A DNA stretch of 64,000 bases, taken from NCBI GenBank assembly GCA_015680685.1, contig MNCI01000721.1, positions 186,001 through 250,000 on the forward strand. Direction: 5' to 3'. The first letter of the stretch is position 1, and each line of letters opens with the position of its first letter. The notes under the pieces were generated by a model that was not told the origin of the DNA, ran no database searches, and saw nothing but the letters and a program-made list of their open reading frames with translations. A program made the translations under genes and the position numbers. This DNA is from Gnetum montanum. Taxonomy: Eukaryota > Plantae > Gnetophyta. Positions 40,310 through 53,900 of the stretch are shown piece by piece.

Positions 40310-41510
40310 CATTCTTTTCTATTCTTATCATTTTGGGTTTTTCTTTCATTTAAAAATTTAGCAATTCTTCCTCACTATTGAGTTTATCAATTTGTGACTT
40401 CCTTATGTTCATATTGAATTGTTATTCTAACTCAATAATGTTCTTGAAAATAAAATTAGTATGATTCCAAAGTTCTTAAATCTCACATCCATCATCCCTT
40501 ATTTGATCCCTAAATTCTTCCCTATTCTATAAAAATGATTGAATGTATTCATCATTATGAAACACTTGAAAGTGGGTGATGTTGTCTAGATCCTCTAGTT
40601 GTAGCATTAATTTAATAAATACCTTTTTGAGTACTATGGAATAATTTCATTAACTTAGAAGTAATTATTGCTATCTCATTAGCTTTTGTATTCATTTTCC
40701 TTGGCACTTAACAAATATTATATGCAACAAATTGATTAAAATGGGATTTAGCTTTAGGAACATACCTTTTAAGAGAGTGACTTTAAATAGCAGTACTTTC
40801 TTTTAAATGATCATAAATCAATAGGAAATTATCATTTATCATAATTGCTTCCACTATTTTCTCCAAAGCATAGGATAAACCTTTACAAAGAGATTTGTAC
40901 TTTACTAAATTATTTAGACATAAAAATAATAGATCATAAGCTTTATAAAATTTCTTACCCATGGGAGAGATGAGAATGATCCTAGATCTATTTCCATTTT
41001 GATTAACTACCCCATTGGAATACAAATTCCATGGAATATTATTACTCTATCTCCTGTTATCATAGGTACAACATCATGGACATCCAACATATGCATTCCA
41101 TGAGAGTCCTTAGCTTCCACTAGTTGGTTATGTTCATCATGTGTAAGACTCTTTAGCATAAGAGCCTCATTGTGTATAAGAATTTTATTAGGATGACCCT
41201 ACCAAGGAAACCACATGTGAGAATAATCAGTAGAAATGTATCCACAAAACTAACTAGACCAACTTCTACTATAAATCAATTTATAAGATGTTGGTATGTT
41301 TATCACTTGAATAGTAATATAATTAAATATCCTTGGATCTTGAGCAATTCAAAGCTAAACACTTGTAATTCCCCCATTAGACTTATCTACTTGACTTATC
41401 ATATTTTTTAATAAGGCTTTCATCCTAGTTGTTTACAAATCTCCAAAAGAATCATAAAAAGGATTATTATGAGAAATAGACACCACAATGAATCAGAATA
41501 AGGTTCAAAT
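40310..41510 (-). pseudogene. pol: Element E part 1: protease and additional RNase H
   Basis: HMWFPW*GHPNKILI (~41180-41220) parallels element A's MWLPWKGKRNQIYI. aRH at 40783-41030 (WNLYSNGVVNQNGNRSRIILISP..NNLVKYKSLCKGL). Confidence 0.75.
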
Positions 41511-42699
41511 ATTTTCTAATATCTCATGCATAAAAGTAAATCTTAGAAAAATGCTACAACTTAGAAAATTTGCATGAAATAATTAGATCTAAGAAACAAA
41601 CATTACATCAATCAGTTACTAAACAAATTGATATTGACTAAAACATATGCACATAAAACAAAAATTATTAAAACCCATAATTACAAGCAATTCCTAAATT
41701 ACCATACTTGAAATTGATAGCACTATAGATAGAATTTTTGTGTGTCTTTGATTTCCCAAGCTCAAAATTCTAGGCAAGATCATAGGTTAGGAATAGGATC
41801 TAAGAAAGATCTAAAATGAGATCTAGAAATATGGCTTACTGCACATCTTGGTTGATAGTGCAAATCTAGTTAACCATAGATATAGATCTAGCTCCTCAAT
41901 AATTTGTTAGAGTATCTGTCTCTTGCTTTATCTCCCATATGTCAAAAAAGTAAGATAAAAAAATGATCTCTCATGGGATAGTTGCCAGGCTTATATTCCT
42001 GCAATAGTTTAGCAACTTTGGAGAAATGGAAACTCTTATGGGGCAAAAAATAAATTAAAAATAATTTTTAATTCTAAAAATATTTTTAAATGTTTTTTCT
42101 CATGTGGGCTATTTCTTAGTGCTAACCTAATGGGCATCTCCTATGAGAAAGTTAATAGCTATGTCTAAGCCCAAACTAATAACAAGGTCTAAGGTCAAAA
42201 GTATAACTAATATAAATGCTAACATGAGATCCTTTAAAACATAGATTTAAAATAAATTTAAAATTTAAAATAAAACTATAATTCAAACAAAAATATAAAT
42301 TATCCAAACAAAGAATATCATACCAAAGTAGTATTCCAAATGCCAATAACTCATCAAATGCTTGATAACTACAAACTCAAAACTCCAACAAAAGGGTTAG
42401 TATGCATATGCTAAATTAAAAGGAAAACCAAAAAATTCTAAAAATAAAAAATTATTAAAAAATACTAAAAATGTAAAAAATATTAAATTAAAATAAAGTT
42501 AAAAGTAAAAACAAAAAGGGAAATAAAACCTTAGAATATATATAAAAGTTAAAAGGTCGGGGGTGTCGTACCCCAAAAAATAAATTTAATTAATAGAGAA
42601 AAAAGAAAATAGTACAAAGGGGATAAAAGAGAGGGTCAAAAAAGATGAAGAGGTCTCAAAGAAGGAGACACTAATAGCCAAAGGGAAAAAGCTCACCTC

Positions 42700-45600
42700 A
42701 AAAGAGGAGAAACTACAAGAAATTAGGGAAAATGGGAGAGAAAAAGTTCAAGAGCTCAACTGCAGCATTAGCTGTTGAACAATGTCTCCTTGAATAGACA
42801 AGGAGAGAATATTAGTAGGAGAATCACGTTGAAAAACCACATTACAATGAAATTTCCAGATAGCATGGAGAATAATAGGACGAAGGTGACACCAGATATA
42901 AATTAAAGAGCCTTGAAGATGCAGAGTGTCATAAAAAAGAACCTCATCCAAGCTTGGTCAAAAACCCTGTAAAAACCTGCCACACCAAATCCAAGAGCTA
43001 TGAGCAAGGGGACAAGAAAAAAACAGTGAGTAAATGCATCTTCCTTGTGACAAATAGGAAATCACAGGTCAGGAACTCCCAGATGAGAGCGTTGAACACC
43101 CACTGGAAGACCTTGGTGAATTAGATACCACAGAAAATGTTGAATCTTTGAAGAAGTAGGAGTAGTTCAAATAGTCTGAATACGTTGCTTCCAAACCTGC
43201 ACATTAAGATTAACTTGCCAAAGATGGTTGAATCTAGGCCAAATATTAGTAGTGGAATTAATAAGAGAGTAAACAAGCTTAGAATGATAGGGAAAAACTT
43301 GATGACTAGAAATCCAAGAAAGATCTAAAAAACCACCAAGGGAGTCTTGAATAACAACACTTTTGTTCAAGCTATCCAAAATCGTACAAAAGGTAGACTT
43401 TTGAGCAGCATTAATACCGTAAATAAGGTGACATTCAATCCAAGTAATCCAACAATTATGAATGCGAAGAGAGGAGAGGGAGGAGATGCCAAGCTTATCC
43501 CAAGTGCTACATAGATGAGGACGCCTAATGGCCCAAGGTTCATTGTGAATGGGAATCCACCAAGGAGAAAGCTTATCAAGTGTAGAGGAAGAAATAGTGA
43601 TAGTGTTAAAGTTCCAAAACTGACTGATATAACACCATGCCTTCCAAATGTGTTTGATGACAACAGAACCAGAAATGGTAATACTAGTGGGAAAAAGAAT
43701 CCAGTTAAGGAAAGGAGTATTATTCCAATAATTACTACCTTTGGGCTTCCCAAGTTGTATGCGTTTAAGGAAAAGAAGCTTCCAAGCTTCAGAGCCAGAT
43801 AAGCATTTGGCCATCCATTTGGCACATAACATAATGCCCTGTTTGTAGCAATTAATGAGGCCCAAACCGCTGTCTTCTTTATGAGAAGTACAGGCATTCC
43901 AAGCAACCCGACAAAATCCTTTCCTAGTATGGCTGTTGTTCCAAAGAAAGTGTTTGACTAGTTGATCAATGCGATGATAAGCAGAGATGCTAGGAGTCCA
44001 ACAAGAAGAGTAATACACATGGGTAGCTTGAAGAATATGCTTGCAGACAATAAATTTACCAGCCATAGATAGCTTCTTTTCCTTCCACTTAATAAGCTTT
44101 TGTTCAAGTTTCTTCACAGTGACGTCCCATAATGTTTTGGATGATCCGCCAAAAGAAAAGGGAATGCCAAGAAGCTTAAAAACTTGATCCTTTCCTAAAA
44201 ATTTCCAAGGCTTAGACAATGCCCAGGCTTGAACCTCTTTGTTGCAAAAGATAGAAGATTTGAACCAATTAATCTGAGAGCCAGAGAGTCTACAATATTG
44301 ATCAATGCGATAAAAAAAAATGATCAGCAATAAGAGCATCATTTTTTATCATAAAGAATGAGTCATCAGAAAAATGCATATTCAATAAGGAAGGAACATT
44401 ATGATCAATGAAAATACCTTGAAGCAAATTTTTTTCCTTATCCTTATGAATAGCATGACACAAAAATTCCGCAGCAAGAATGAAGAGGTAAGGAGCAAGA
44501 GGACAACCTTGCCTAACAGAGCGCTCAAGCTTGAAGCAATTAGTTAAGCCAGCGTTAGTACCCATAAGGGCATTGGCATCAGTAAACAGAGTCTCCACCA
44601 TTTTAATAAAATTAATGTGAAAACCATATTTATGAAGGCAAGAAATAACAAATTTCCACTTTATTTTGTCATACTCTTTAGCATAATCAAGCTTAAGAAA
44701 AGCAATGTTTTGATTGGAGTCCTTGGCCCATTGCATACCTTCCCAAGCCACAACAACATTATCAAGAATATACCTACCCTTAACAAAGCCTATTTGCATT
44801 GGGGTAATGATCTAAGGGATAATTAGCTTCAGTCTATTAGCAAGACATTTAGCCAAAATCTTGTAAATAGAGTTAAGGAGAGTGATAGGACGCCAGTTAC
44901 CAATCAATGAAGGATCACCTGTTTTAGGAATAAGATGAATGACACCTCTATTTAACTCAGGACCGAGAGACTGTTGAATTATGGCTTCTGCAAAAACATA
45001 AGAGAGGTCTGAACCCACAATATCGCAATGATTCTTAAAAAACTCAATGGGGATGCCATCAAAACCAGGGGCTTTATCATTGGCTAGGCTAAACATAGCA
45101 ACCTTGGTTTCAGAAAGAGAGATATCTTGAGCGAGAAGATGATTGTGACTGCTATGGACAATACTAGGTAGGTGATCTGAGTTAGTAGCAAACTCATCCT
45201 GATCAAACACATTGGAGACAAAGAGGCATTGAAAATGTTGTTCAAGAAAACCATTTATAACATGAGAATCATAGGTAAGTTGGCCATTCACTTCCAAATG
45301 TTCTATAGTAGGGAAAGTACCTCTACCCTTTAAAAATTTGAAGAACTCTTTATAGGGTTCTCCCTCAATTTTTAACCAGTTGAGACGACTCTTGATGAGA
45401 GCACTTCTAGCAGAGTACATATCTCATTTTTGTTTAACTGAGCAAACATAAGTTAGTCGTTGTTGAAGAGCAACATTAAAAGGGTCATGTTGAAGTGCAG
45501 AGTTAAGTTGCTACAATTCAGAACTAACATTTGCCTCAATAGACCTACATTTCTTAGCATATTGCTTGTCCAACCAGCGAGCAAAGTTGCGAATACGAGA

Positions 45601-46479
45601 AGTGGCACGCAACCACCAGTCAATCCAACCTAAATTGCTTGATGGCCTTCTCTCTGCATTCCAAAGAGATGTCAAAAGACCTTTACCAGAAAGAGTAAGA
45701 AATAAAGAGGCATTCATGCAAAAAATTTGGCGATGTTGAGCTAAAGATTTAGAACCAAATGTCAAAGTGAGAGAAATTGGAAAGTGGTCTGAGAGGGTAG
45801 CATCAAGGTGGACCTTAACATGACCATCACAAAACCATGAGGAATAACTAGAGAAATAAAATCGATCAAGTCGCTCACAAATGCGATCAGCACCAATCCT
45901 AAGGTTGGACCAAGTAAACCAACCTTCACGATTCACGTTAGAGCTGGCAGCATCAGAGAGACAAAAGTGCTCCTTAACATCACTCCAACTAGAAAGCTCG
46001 AGGCTGGTAAGTTGAGAAGAGGCTCCACCAACTTTATCATAAGGATGTTCGATCATATTAAAATCACCTCCAAAGAGCCAAGGAATGTTAGGCAGACTGT
46101 GAAGGAGAGACTGCCAAACACTGGCCCTAGTGGTAGGAGTAGTGGGAGCATAAATATTACAAATGCCGAAAGGACCAGAAGCGCCTTGAAGAGTAGCCCA
46201 AACAAAAGAGGTGTGACTACCATGAGAGAGAATTTTGTTAGACCAGGATTTATTGATAATAAGGGCTGCACCACCTTGACCAGTAATATGATTTGTGGAA
46301 AAGACAATAGAGTCAGGTAGGATGCTATTGCCTGCAATAATTGCATCCAGAGTAGAAATTTTAACCTCTTGCAGGAGAAGGAAGTCAGGAAGCAAAGGTC
46401 GAGAGTGAATAAAAGCACCGACCACCCGTGTTCGGAGGTGATTGGAGAGCCCCCGAACATTCCAAGAATAGACTAACAT
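42700..46479 (-). pseudogene. LINE ORF2: AP endonuclease, reverse transcriptase, zf-RVT (few stops/frameshifts)
   Basis: SWNVRGL, LLQEVK, GGDFN, RLDRFY and SDHFPI (45511-46479); KAPGFDG and NWRPITLLN (44812-45420); VRQGCPLAPYLF and HFSDD (44302-44799); post-RT domain 43167-44342. Confidence 0.95.
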
Positions 46480-47575
46480 CCAGAGAAGGGGGAGGAGGCC
46501 CCCGCCCTAGTTGCAGAGTTAACAATGTCTAAAGAAATCATTTCCTGGTTGTGATCAGTGGAAGTAAAGGGATTGTGGGTGAGTAAGAGAGTTTGAGTGG
46601 ATTGATTGGACTGAAGTGTAACATCGTTGGTAAAAGGCATACCCCAACGCTTCCTACTGAGGGGAACTATTTGAAATCCTTCATCATCAATAGGAGGGTT
46701 ATTAGAAGCCGTAAAAACGTATGGGTGTTTTCCCTTAGCTAATGAAGAAGCATGAGGAGGTGGCTTTTTGGTAACCTTACTTTGAGACCTAGGTGTGGGA
46801 GGAGCCTTGTTGCTAATAGAGGAAACCTTAGGATTAGTAGGGGAGTATTGTTGTGATCATGCTTGCGCTACCTTCTTTTGTAACATAAAGGAGCATGAGA
46901 CAAACATATGACCCTCTTGGTGGCAGTAGTGACAAGAGTTGGGAAGGTTGTAATATACCACCTTTTGCATATAGTTAATACCACCTGCATGCAAAATAAG
47001 TTCTCGTTTAAGAGAGTCTAAGTCCACTTCAATCATATATCGAGTCCTACAAAGGCCACTAGGTGTACCTAAGGATTTATTGTATTTGATTGATCCAAAG
47101 CAAGACACAATATCCCTTTCAACTCTTTTGAAAATCAAGGGGAGATTCGGTAACTCTACAAAACAAGGGACTTTCCGAAATATAGGAGAAGTTGGGTTGA
47201 GAGAAGGAGTCCACTTGCGAATAATCAATAAAGCATGACAATGGTGAAAGACACTAATGCTAAGAGCTTTAGAGACCATCTCTAAGTTAATAAACTCAAC
47301 AAGTAGAAAAGAATTAGATAAATATCAAACATGTGAAGCTATCAAACCACGATCTTTCCAAACAAAGTTGACATGATGCAAAAAGCTAGAAAACCGGGTT
47401 AGGTAGCCTAAAATTTGCACAAAGACATACCTGCTAGAAATGTCAAGGGTGATAGATTCAAACAAATCATCAGGAAGCTCGTAGAATGGCTCAGAAGAAG
47501 TGGAGCCACCATCTAGCAACATGGCAACCGAAGGAGCTGATCTAAAACAGGTTAGAGAGCCTTCTCTTCCATGAT
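46470..47575 (-). pseudogene. LINE ORF1 (DUF4283-like + CX2CX4HX4C zinc knuckle)
   Basis: LIIRKWTP..VPCFVELPNLP..YYNLPNSCHYCHQEGHMFVSC (46857-47279); upstream fragment 47325-47597; the C-terminal part abuts the ORF2 start. Confidence 0.85.
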
Positions 47576-48729
47576 AACAAAATAGAACAGGTAGCAAGAT
47601 CTACCTAAGATTTGCAAAGGTGCCTTGATCTGATCCGATCTCATAGGCAGCGAGATCTGCCTGAGATCTGCTAGGGCACCCTGATCTGATCCGATCCAAT
47701 CTTCATTCCTCGCTCTGCCAGTCAAATAGTAAAAAAGAAAAGAAAAGTAAAAGGTCATTAAAAAGGACCTAGCTAGATACATTGCTCAAAGTACAAAAGC
47801 ATTTTCAACATAAGAAAAGAGGTTAATAAGCATAGACATAGGTTATCAAATAAGACATTAAAGGTTCATACCACAAACATACCAAGCGTAAGGGATATTT
47901 AGAGTAGGGTGTTATACATACCAATTATTAGGACTACCAAGCTATTACAAGGGTGGAGGTGTTAACCCTTAAACAAAAACGAATACTAATATTAAGAAAA
48001 TTCAGAGTACATCAAATTATTGAAGAGAGATTCTTACAATTTTTCCTTACACTTTACAAGAAAACTTTCTGTAAAGACAAAAGAACATATTGATTAGAAA
48101 TAATGAACAAATAGCAACCAAAGTTTAAAGTTTTCCATCCGTGAGCCTGTAAAACAAAAAGAAATTAATACTGTAGAAAATAAATTAATTATTCATCTTT
48201 CATTAGAAACTTTTTTACTTGAAGCTATAACTAAAAGAAACATCTTTGAGAATATGATATTTAACTACTGAAAAGAGGTCATAGTTATGCTCTTGCTACT
48301 AGAAAAAAAATTTGCATAGAAGCTTCCAAATAGAGTAGAAAATAAAAGATTGAAGATATTTCTAAATGCAAAGAAAGGAAGTAGAGAAAGCAAACTAATC
48401 ACCAAGAATGCTTTCATTGATGCTTGGTTCAAAATTGTTATAAATTCTGGGTGTCCATTTCCAAACATGCTAAACAATGGGACACTCAAGAAAAACATGA
48501 GAAAGTAAGTTTTTACTTCGACAAAGATGAAATTAAGGAGAAACAATTTTCATATGTTTAAGATGAGTGTCAGTAGGAACTATCAAGATATTACACTACT
48601 TCATATATTAAGTATCTAGATGTTGGGATTACTAAGTTAATACAAGTTTAATGCTTAATATTTTATCATGCTCATTATGCCTTGATTATTGTGCATAAAA
48701 TGTAAATACTATGCTATGAAATTAGGAAT

Positions 48730-50184
48730 TGAAACACCACTAAATTTTCATGTTGCAACCTTTGTAACATCATGCCATGAAGCCCAAGGCAAAACTTCAT
48801 TGTAAATGTGATGATTATAACCCATGAGGTGCAATCTCACATACTTTACACTTTTTGGGGCTGAAAAATGCCTCATAAGTGGTCAAAGCCTTATCCCCCA
48901 AGGGAAAAAATCCATGTTATATCTATATTTGGGCTTGGGTGGGTTAAAAGGCCTTTTGGGATGCCAAAATTGGCATTTTGATAGATTTTATGGGGTGTAT
49001 AGCATTGCCTACATTAAAGACACCTACCGTCAACTAGGATGCATGGGGGGAAAGCTCACTTACCCCCAGCTTGGATGCATGGTGAGAAAGCTCACCTACC
49101 CCCAACTAGGATGCATGGGGGAAAGCTCACCTACCTCCAACTTGGATGCATGGGGGGAAAGCTTACCTACCTCCAACTTCGATGCATGGGAGGAAAAATT
49201 CCCTTCCTCCCTCTCCTCCCGCGCCACACCCAAACCAACCCCCAACCAACTCCCAAACATGGAAGCTTGCCTCCCGTAATGTGGAAACTACATGCCCCTA
49301 ATGTGGAAGCGACAAAAACTAGATTTCAATACTCCATGCACTCCAACATTGATCCAACATGCTAGTGGAGAAGGTCGAAGGCATAGAGAAGATCTATCTC
49401 TAGTGTAGATGTCATTCCCCTATTACTATTTATAGTAAATGGAATGGCCATGGGGGTTTGGCACTTACTATATATGGTAACCCCCAACAGTTTGGCACCT
49501 ACCCCACCTAAAGTGTAGCCAAAATTTGCAGCCAAACCATAGCCAATTTGCAGAAAAATTAAGGCCAAAACCTATAAAACCTCAATACTATTTCAAGGTT
49601 CTACATTTTGGCAATTCCACCCCCTTTGCACTAACATACTTTGGCATTTTTGGCAAGCATTTTTGCATTCAAGAGCTTTGAACACACACAAAGCCTCTTG
49701 AATCCCCAATGTGGAACCCTCTTTTTTGGGCAACTACTCCCCTCCATAGCCGTTGTTACATCCCCCTATAACACCCAGTGTTGTAGATCTAGTGCAAGGA
49801 GTAGCAAAGGTTTGAAAGCATTGGGATTTGTGGATCATCTGAATCATGGAGCAATGGATTCCAAGCCCCACTGAAGTGAACCCCCTACCCCTAGGCACAT
49901 TTTTGTACACATTTCTCAAATTCATTCTTTATTCCTTTTTAAATAAAGTTTAAGGTTTCTAGTTTTGTGTGCAATCTGCATTTACTTTTAGTTTCCTGGA
50001 TCTGTAATCTTTTTGAATTTTTATTTTTACAATCTTGTTTATCATCATCTAAGTCCCTAGGTGACCTACTAGACTATCTAGGGCACCCTAAATCCCATTT
50101 TTTGGAGGCCCTCAGGATTCAAGGTTAAAGTTATTGTGCTGAGATTTTTGGTTTTCTAGCGATTGAATTTTTTTAGTCACTATA
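48730..50184 (+). repeat. 5' LTR of element D
   Basis: Begins TGAAACACCACTAAATTTTC, ends TTTTAGTCACTATA; collinear with 59797-61221. Confidence 0.93.
49020..49195 (+). repeat. ~33-bp tandem repeat (x5) within D 5' LTR
   Basis: Unit cttggatgcatgggggaaagctcacctacccccaa; mirrored at ~60088-60300. Confidence 0.92.
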
Positions 50185-50999
50185 GTTCTATGATGGTAGA
50201 ATGAGGTCATCTACCCAAGTTCTTCATGTAAATTAATCTTTCATTTTTCTAATCTTTATTCTATTGCCAAGTTCTTAGTGTGGGTGTTTGGGTTCTCGCA
50301 AAATTTCATAGTAGTTGCTAGAAAGTTTTAAAGCTAGCTAGGAAGGGTGGTTCATCTATGGCCCCCCCTTCCCCCTCACTAGAGCTAGGAAGGGTGTTAC
50401 CCTCTTGGAAAACCCAAACCCCTTGCTATGAATTTTTTTCCAACAAGGTTAACATTGCCAATCTCTTAAAAACATAATTTTGGAAAAATCAAAGTTTTCA
50501 CTTTGGTTTCCACTTTGATTTACTTTCCAAAAAGTAAAACCCTTCTCCTCTAATGTTGGAAAAGTATGATATCCCCCCATCTCACCTTGTTCTTTCCTCC
50601 ATACCATACCCAATGTTTAGGCAGCTAGGAAGCTAGCATAGAAGTAGGGGATAAGCTAGCATAGAGGTTTTCACTTTTCCATTTTTGGAAAAAGGGTATA
50701 ATCCCCCTTAACCAACCCCCCCTCCCCCCTCCACCCCACTTACCATTTATAGTAACTTATTTTAGCCATTTTATCATTTTTCTACAGTTAGGGAACTAGG
50801 AGTGGCTGGAGTGTGATACCCCCCTCTTTCCATTTTTAGTAAGAGGGTATACCCCCTTTAGCAGCCACTTGCTATTTATAGTAAGTAACCTGTTTTCAGC
50901 CATTTATGCTTCTTTCAAATATTTGTTTAAAATTCCACTTGCTAGAATTTGCACTCTTTCCACATTTTGTAACCTTTTCAAGCCATTTTCAACATTGTA

Positions 51000-53900
51000 A
51001 ACATGTCTTTTAGTTGATCAACCATGCTACCTCTTAACCTCACAAACATGGTATCTAACCAAGATGCAATTCGTATCTATGATCCAAAAGACCCTACAAT
51101 CATAGAATGGAGGAAATTGCTTAGGCAAAGAGGCAAGAATCCAAATTTCATGGTAATAAATGAGGAATCCTACAACTTCCTCTATGCTAGAATACAAGCT
51201 AGTCTCTTGATATCATGCTTAGAATCTAATGCTAAGTGTCAATTTGAAATCATAAGCTAGGATGGAAAAGAATACATTGCATCCTCCTATGACCAAGTCC
51301 CCCTCAAAAAATTTTATGTGTAAATTCTCATACAACTCATAGAGGCTAATGAGTTTAGTGATGAAACTAGCTTAGAGGATCAACCAGGAATGGAAGATGA
51401 GTTTGAGGCTACACAAGAGTTGGACACCTTCATTGGAAGTTATTTCCAAAATTTGGCTCCCCAAGCAACCATGTCCAAATCCACATTTCTTACCTCATCA
51501 ATGGAACAAGTCCTTAGACCCAACTCTCCTCCTATTCATGCTACCATGTTTGGATCCACACCCATTATTGCAACACAATAGACACAACCCATGTCCCAAT
51601 CCACATCCTTATTCTCATCGATACCCTTTGCCACACAACCTAACTTCGTTCACCCAGCCATGATGATGTTTACATCATTATCTCTCTTTTCCATGCTAAT
51701 GGGACTCTTGTTGGGACCCCAAGTAGCACAAGCATCTCATACCCCATTTGTCCCCTTCATGCCTGTGGATCTAGCACAAACATCCTTTTCCTTGTTTGTC
51801 CCACCTATGACCACCATAATCCAACTACTCCCTTCAATACCACAACCTATCATGAGGCTACAAGCCTATCAACTACAAATCTTACAAATTTTTTCTCGAT
51901 TGTCAACATAAGCACCGTAGCCTATGGGGATGCCCGAAGGCTTGGATCAAGCTTTTCAAATGATCCAAGACCTTAATGAAGAGCTGTAAAAACTTAAAGC
52001 CAATGTAACTCAAATGGTCAAGGTTCTAAATTTATACCAAAATGATCCTATAAACCGTATGATACCTTAAATAACCTTTCCCGTAGGCTTGACTATTTTA
52101 AACTTCACCAAATACAATGATGAAGGGGATCCTAATGCACATCTAGTAACCTTCCAATCTAAGTGCCTATTCTTACAAGATTGTCCTCATGCGGTATTGA
52201 GGATCTTCTGCATGTCCCTCAAGGGTAAGGCTGTAGATTGGTATCAAACCTTGTCTAAATGTTTCATCTCTTCCCTTAAGGACTTGATTAGCTAATTTGT
52301 CAACCACTTCAACTACAACTTGAAGTTGGATGCCACATTGGATCAACTAATGTAGATGAGGTAGGTGCCACTTAAATTAGTCAAAAGGTTCATTCACCAG
52401 TGGAACTCAACACTCAATAAGATCCTAGAGCCTATCATTGAAACCCACCTTTTGGCCATCTAGAAGGAAGCAGTAAATGACTTTATGAAGTTAAATTTGT
52501 ACTACCTAGAGCCCTAGTCCCTAAGCCAAGCCTTCTCACAAACCAAGAACATTGAGGAGGCAACTAAGGCAAGCAACGACCTAACCTATGTGGCCTACAA
52601 AAAATAACATGCAAGAAGGGATAGAAATAGGGCTAAACAAGAACATACAACTATGGTCATAGTAGCAAAAGAGCCAAAATAGGTAGAGAGAAGAGGATCA
52701 CCACCATGTAACACATCCCCTGACTCATTGCAACCATCCACTTCCTATGCCCCAAATCAACCAAGACCAAAATTTGGATGTAAGGATAGGTCTTAGTATA
52801 ATAGGTTGCCTATGAAGCCCTCTAAATTCTTAGAACACTTACTTAGAGACAACCATGTACAACATAAGAAACTTTCTGAAGAGGCTTGTAAGAGGTACGA
52901 TCATCTTTGTGACATAGCTAGAGATCCAACAATAGCTACCAAAGATGATCATAAGCTACAAAAGTACTTTAGGATTGATAGGTACTACCATTATGATCAA
53001 ATGTCTGGTCATAACACCAATTATTACCTAGCATTAAAGGATGACCTCTAAAAGATGATAAACCATGGAGAGATGGTAATGAATGAGCCCAACTCTCCAA
53101 TATTTGGTGATAACTCCTATATTGTGGCCTCATTCATGGAAACCAAATGGTCTAATCCCCCTAGGAAATCATTTGTCATCAAAGTGCCACCACAATCCCA
53201 AAGCACAAAGCCTAGAGAGCCCTTCATTATACAAGTACCACCTCCTTTGACCCCTAATGAACCTTTCATCATACATGCTCCCCCTTCAATGACTTCAACA
53301 TCACAACATAATCAACAAGTTGTCAATCCTCAAAAGCCTAAGGAACCCTTTGTTATCAAAGTTACTCCACCTTCAACAAGTAAGGACACAATGACACATG
53401 ATCAAAGCCCACATATAGTGGCTCACAACTCAGAGGTTAGCAAGAAACCATCATCACAATGGTAGCGAAAGCAACCTATCGCCAAACCAACATAAGCCCA
53501 TTGAAGGTAATCAACCAAGACCTACACCAAGACCAACTATATCCATGGACAAGCTACCCAAAGCACATACATTGCAACCCAAGTCACAAACCCAAGGGAG
53601 AATGGAGAAGGTTAGAACTACTAAGGCTAAAACATCACAAGCAAAGGCAAAAAATTTTCTTATAACCATGGACCAAGCCAAATGATCCCTTAATAAAAAG
53701 AACACATCCACAAACTTGTATGGCCTAATCATAACCTCTCCCATACATAGGGATGAACTAGCTCAAGTGTTAACCTCTATCCCTGTGAGCAGAGACATGC
53801 CCACCAATAGAGAGTCAATTCCACTCTATCATTAAGAAATCTTCACTTAGGGAAAAAAGCATTAACCCATGCTTAAATTCTATGATAGCAACGTGAAGAT

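Larger units (their letters stand above)
42559..47742 (-). mobile_element. L1-clade LINE, near full length
   Basis: 5' UTR, ORF1 with CCHC knuckle, ORF2 with APE-RT-zinc finger and a pyrimidine-rich 3' UTR. Candidate TSD aaaagt(t)aaaaggtc at 42544-42558 / 47743-47756. Confidence 0.93.
41520..47915. mobile_element. Possible LTR-like segment (41520-42558 + 47743-47915) that received the LINE
   Basis: Non-coding, with gatctaa/gatctag motifs; ends near gggtgttata (resembles the reverse complement of a TGTAACACCC LTR start). No partner LTR or TSD established. Confidence 0.25.

Noticed and set aside
40180-40320. 3' LTR of element C
   Set aside because: No similarity to 28516-29417 and no matching TSD; it appears deleted together with adjacent host sequence.
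43367-46460. Hydrophobic alternative-frame or antisense ORFs (43367-43906, 43515-43802, 45967-46320, 46053-46460)
   Set aside because: Shadows of LINE ORF2, whose true frame has the conserved APE/RT motifs.
49020-49195. CRISPR-like regular repeats (also 60088-60300 and 308-440)
   Set aside because: Head-to-tail tandem units without unique spacers, inside plant LTR elements, with no cas genes.
48824-49365. Repetitive-peptide ORFs (also 60074-60573)
   Set aside because: By-products of the 33-bp LTR tandem repeat; the frames are not conserved between the two LTRs.
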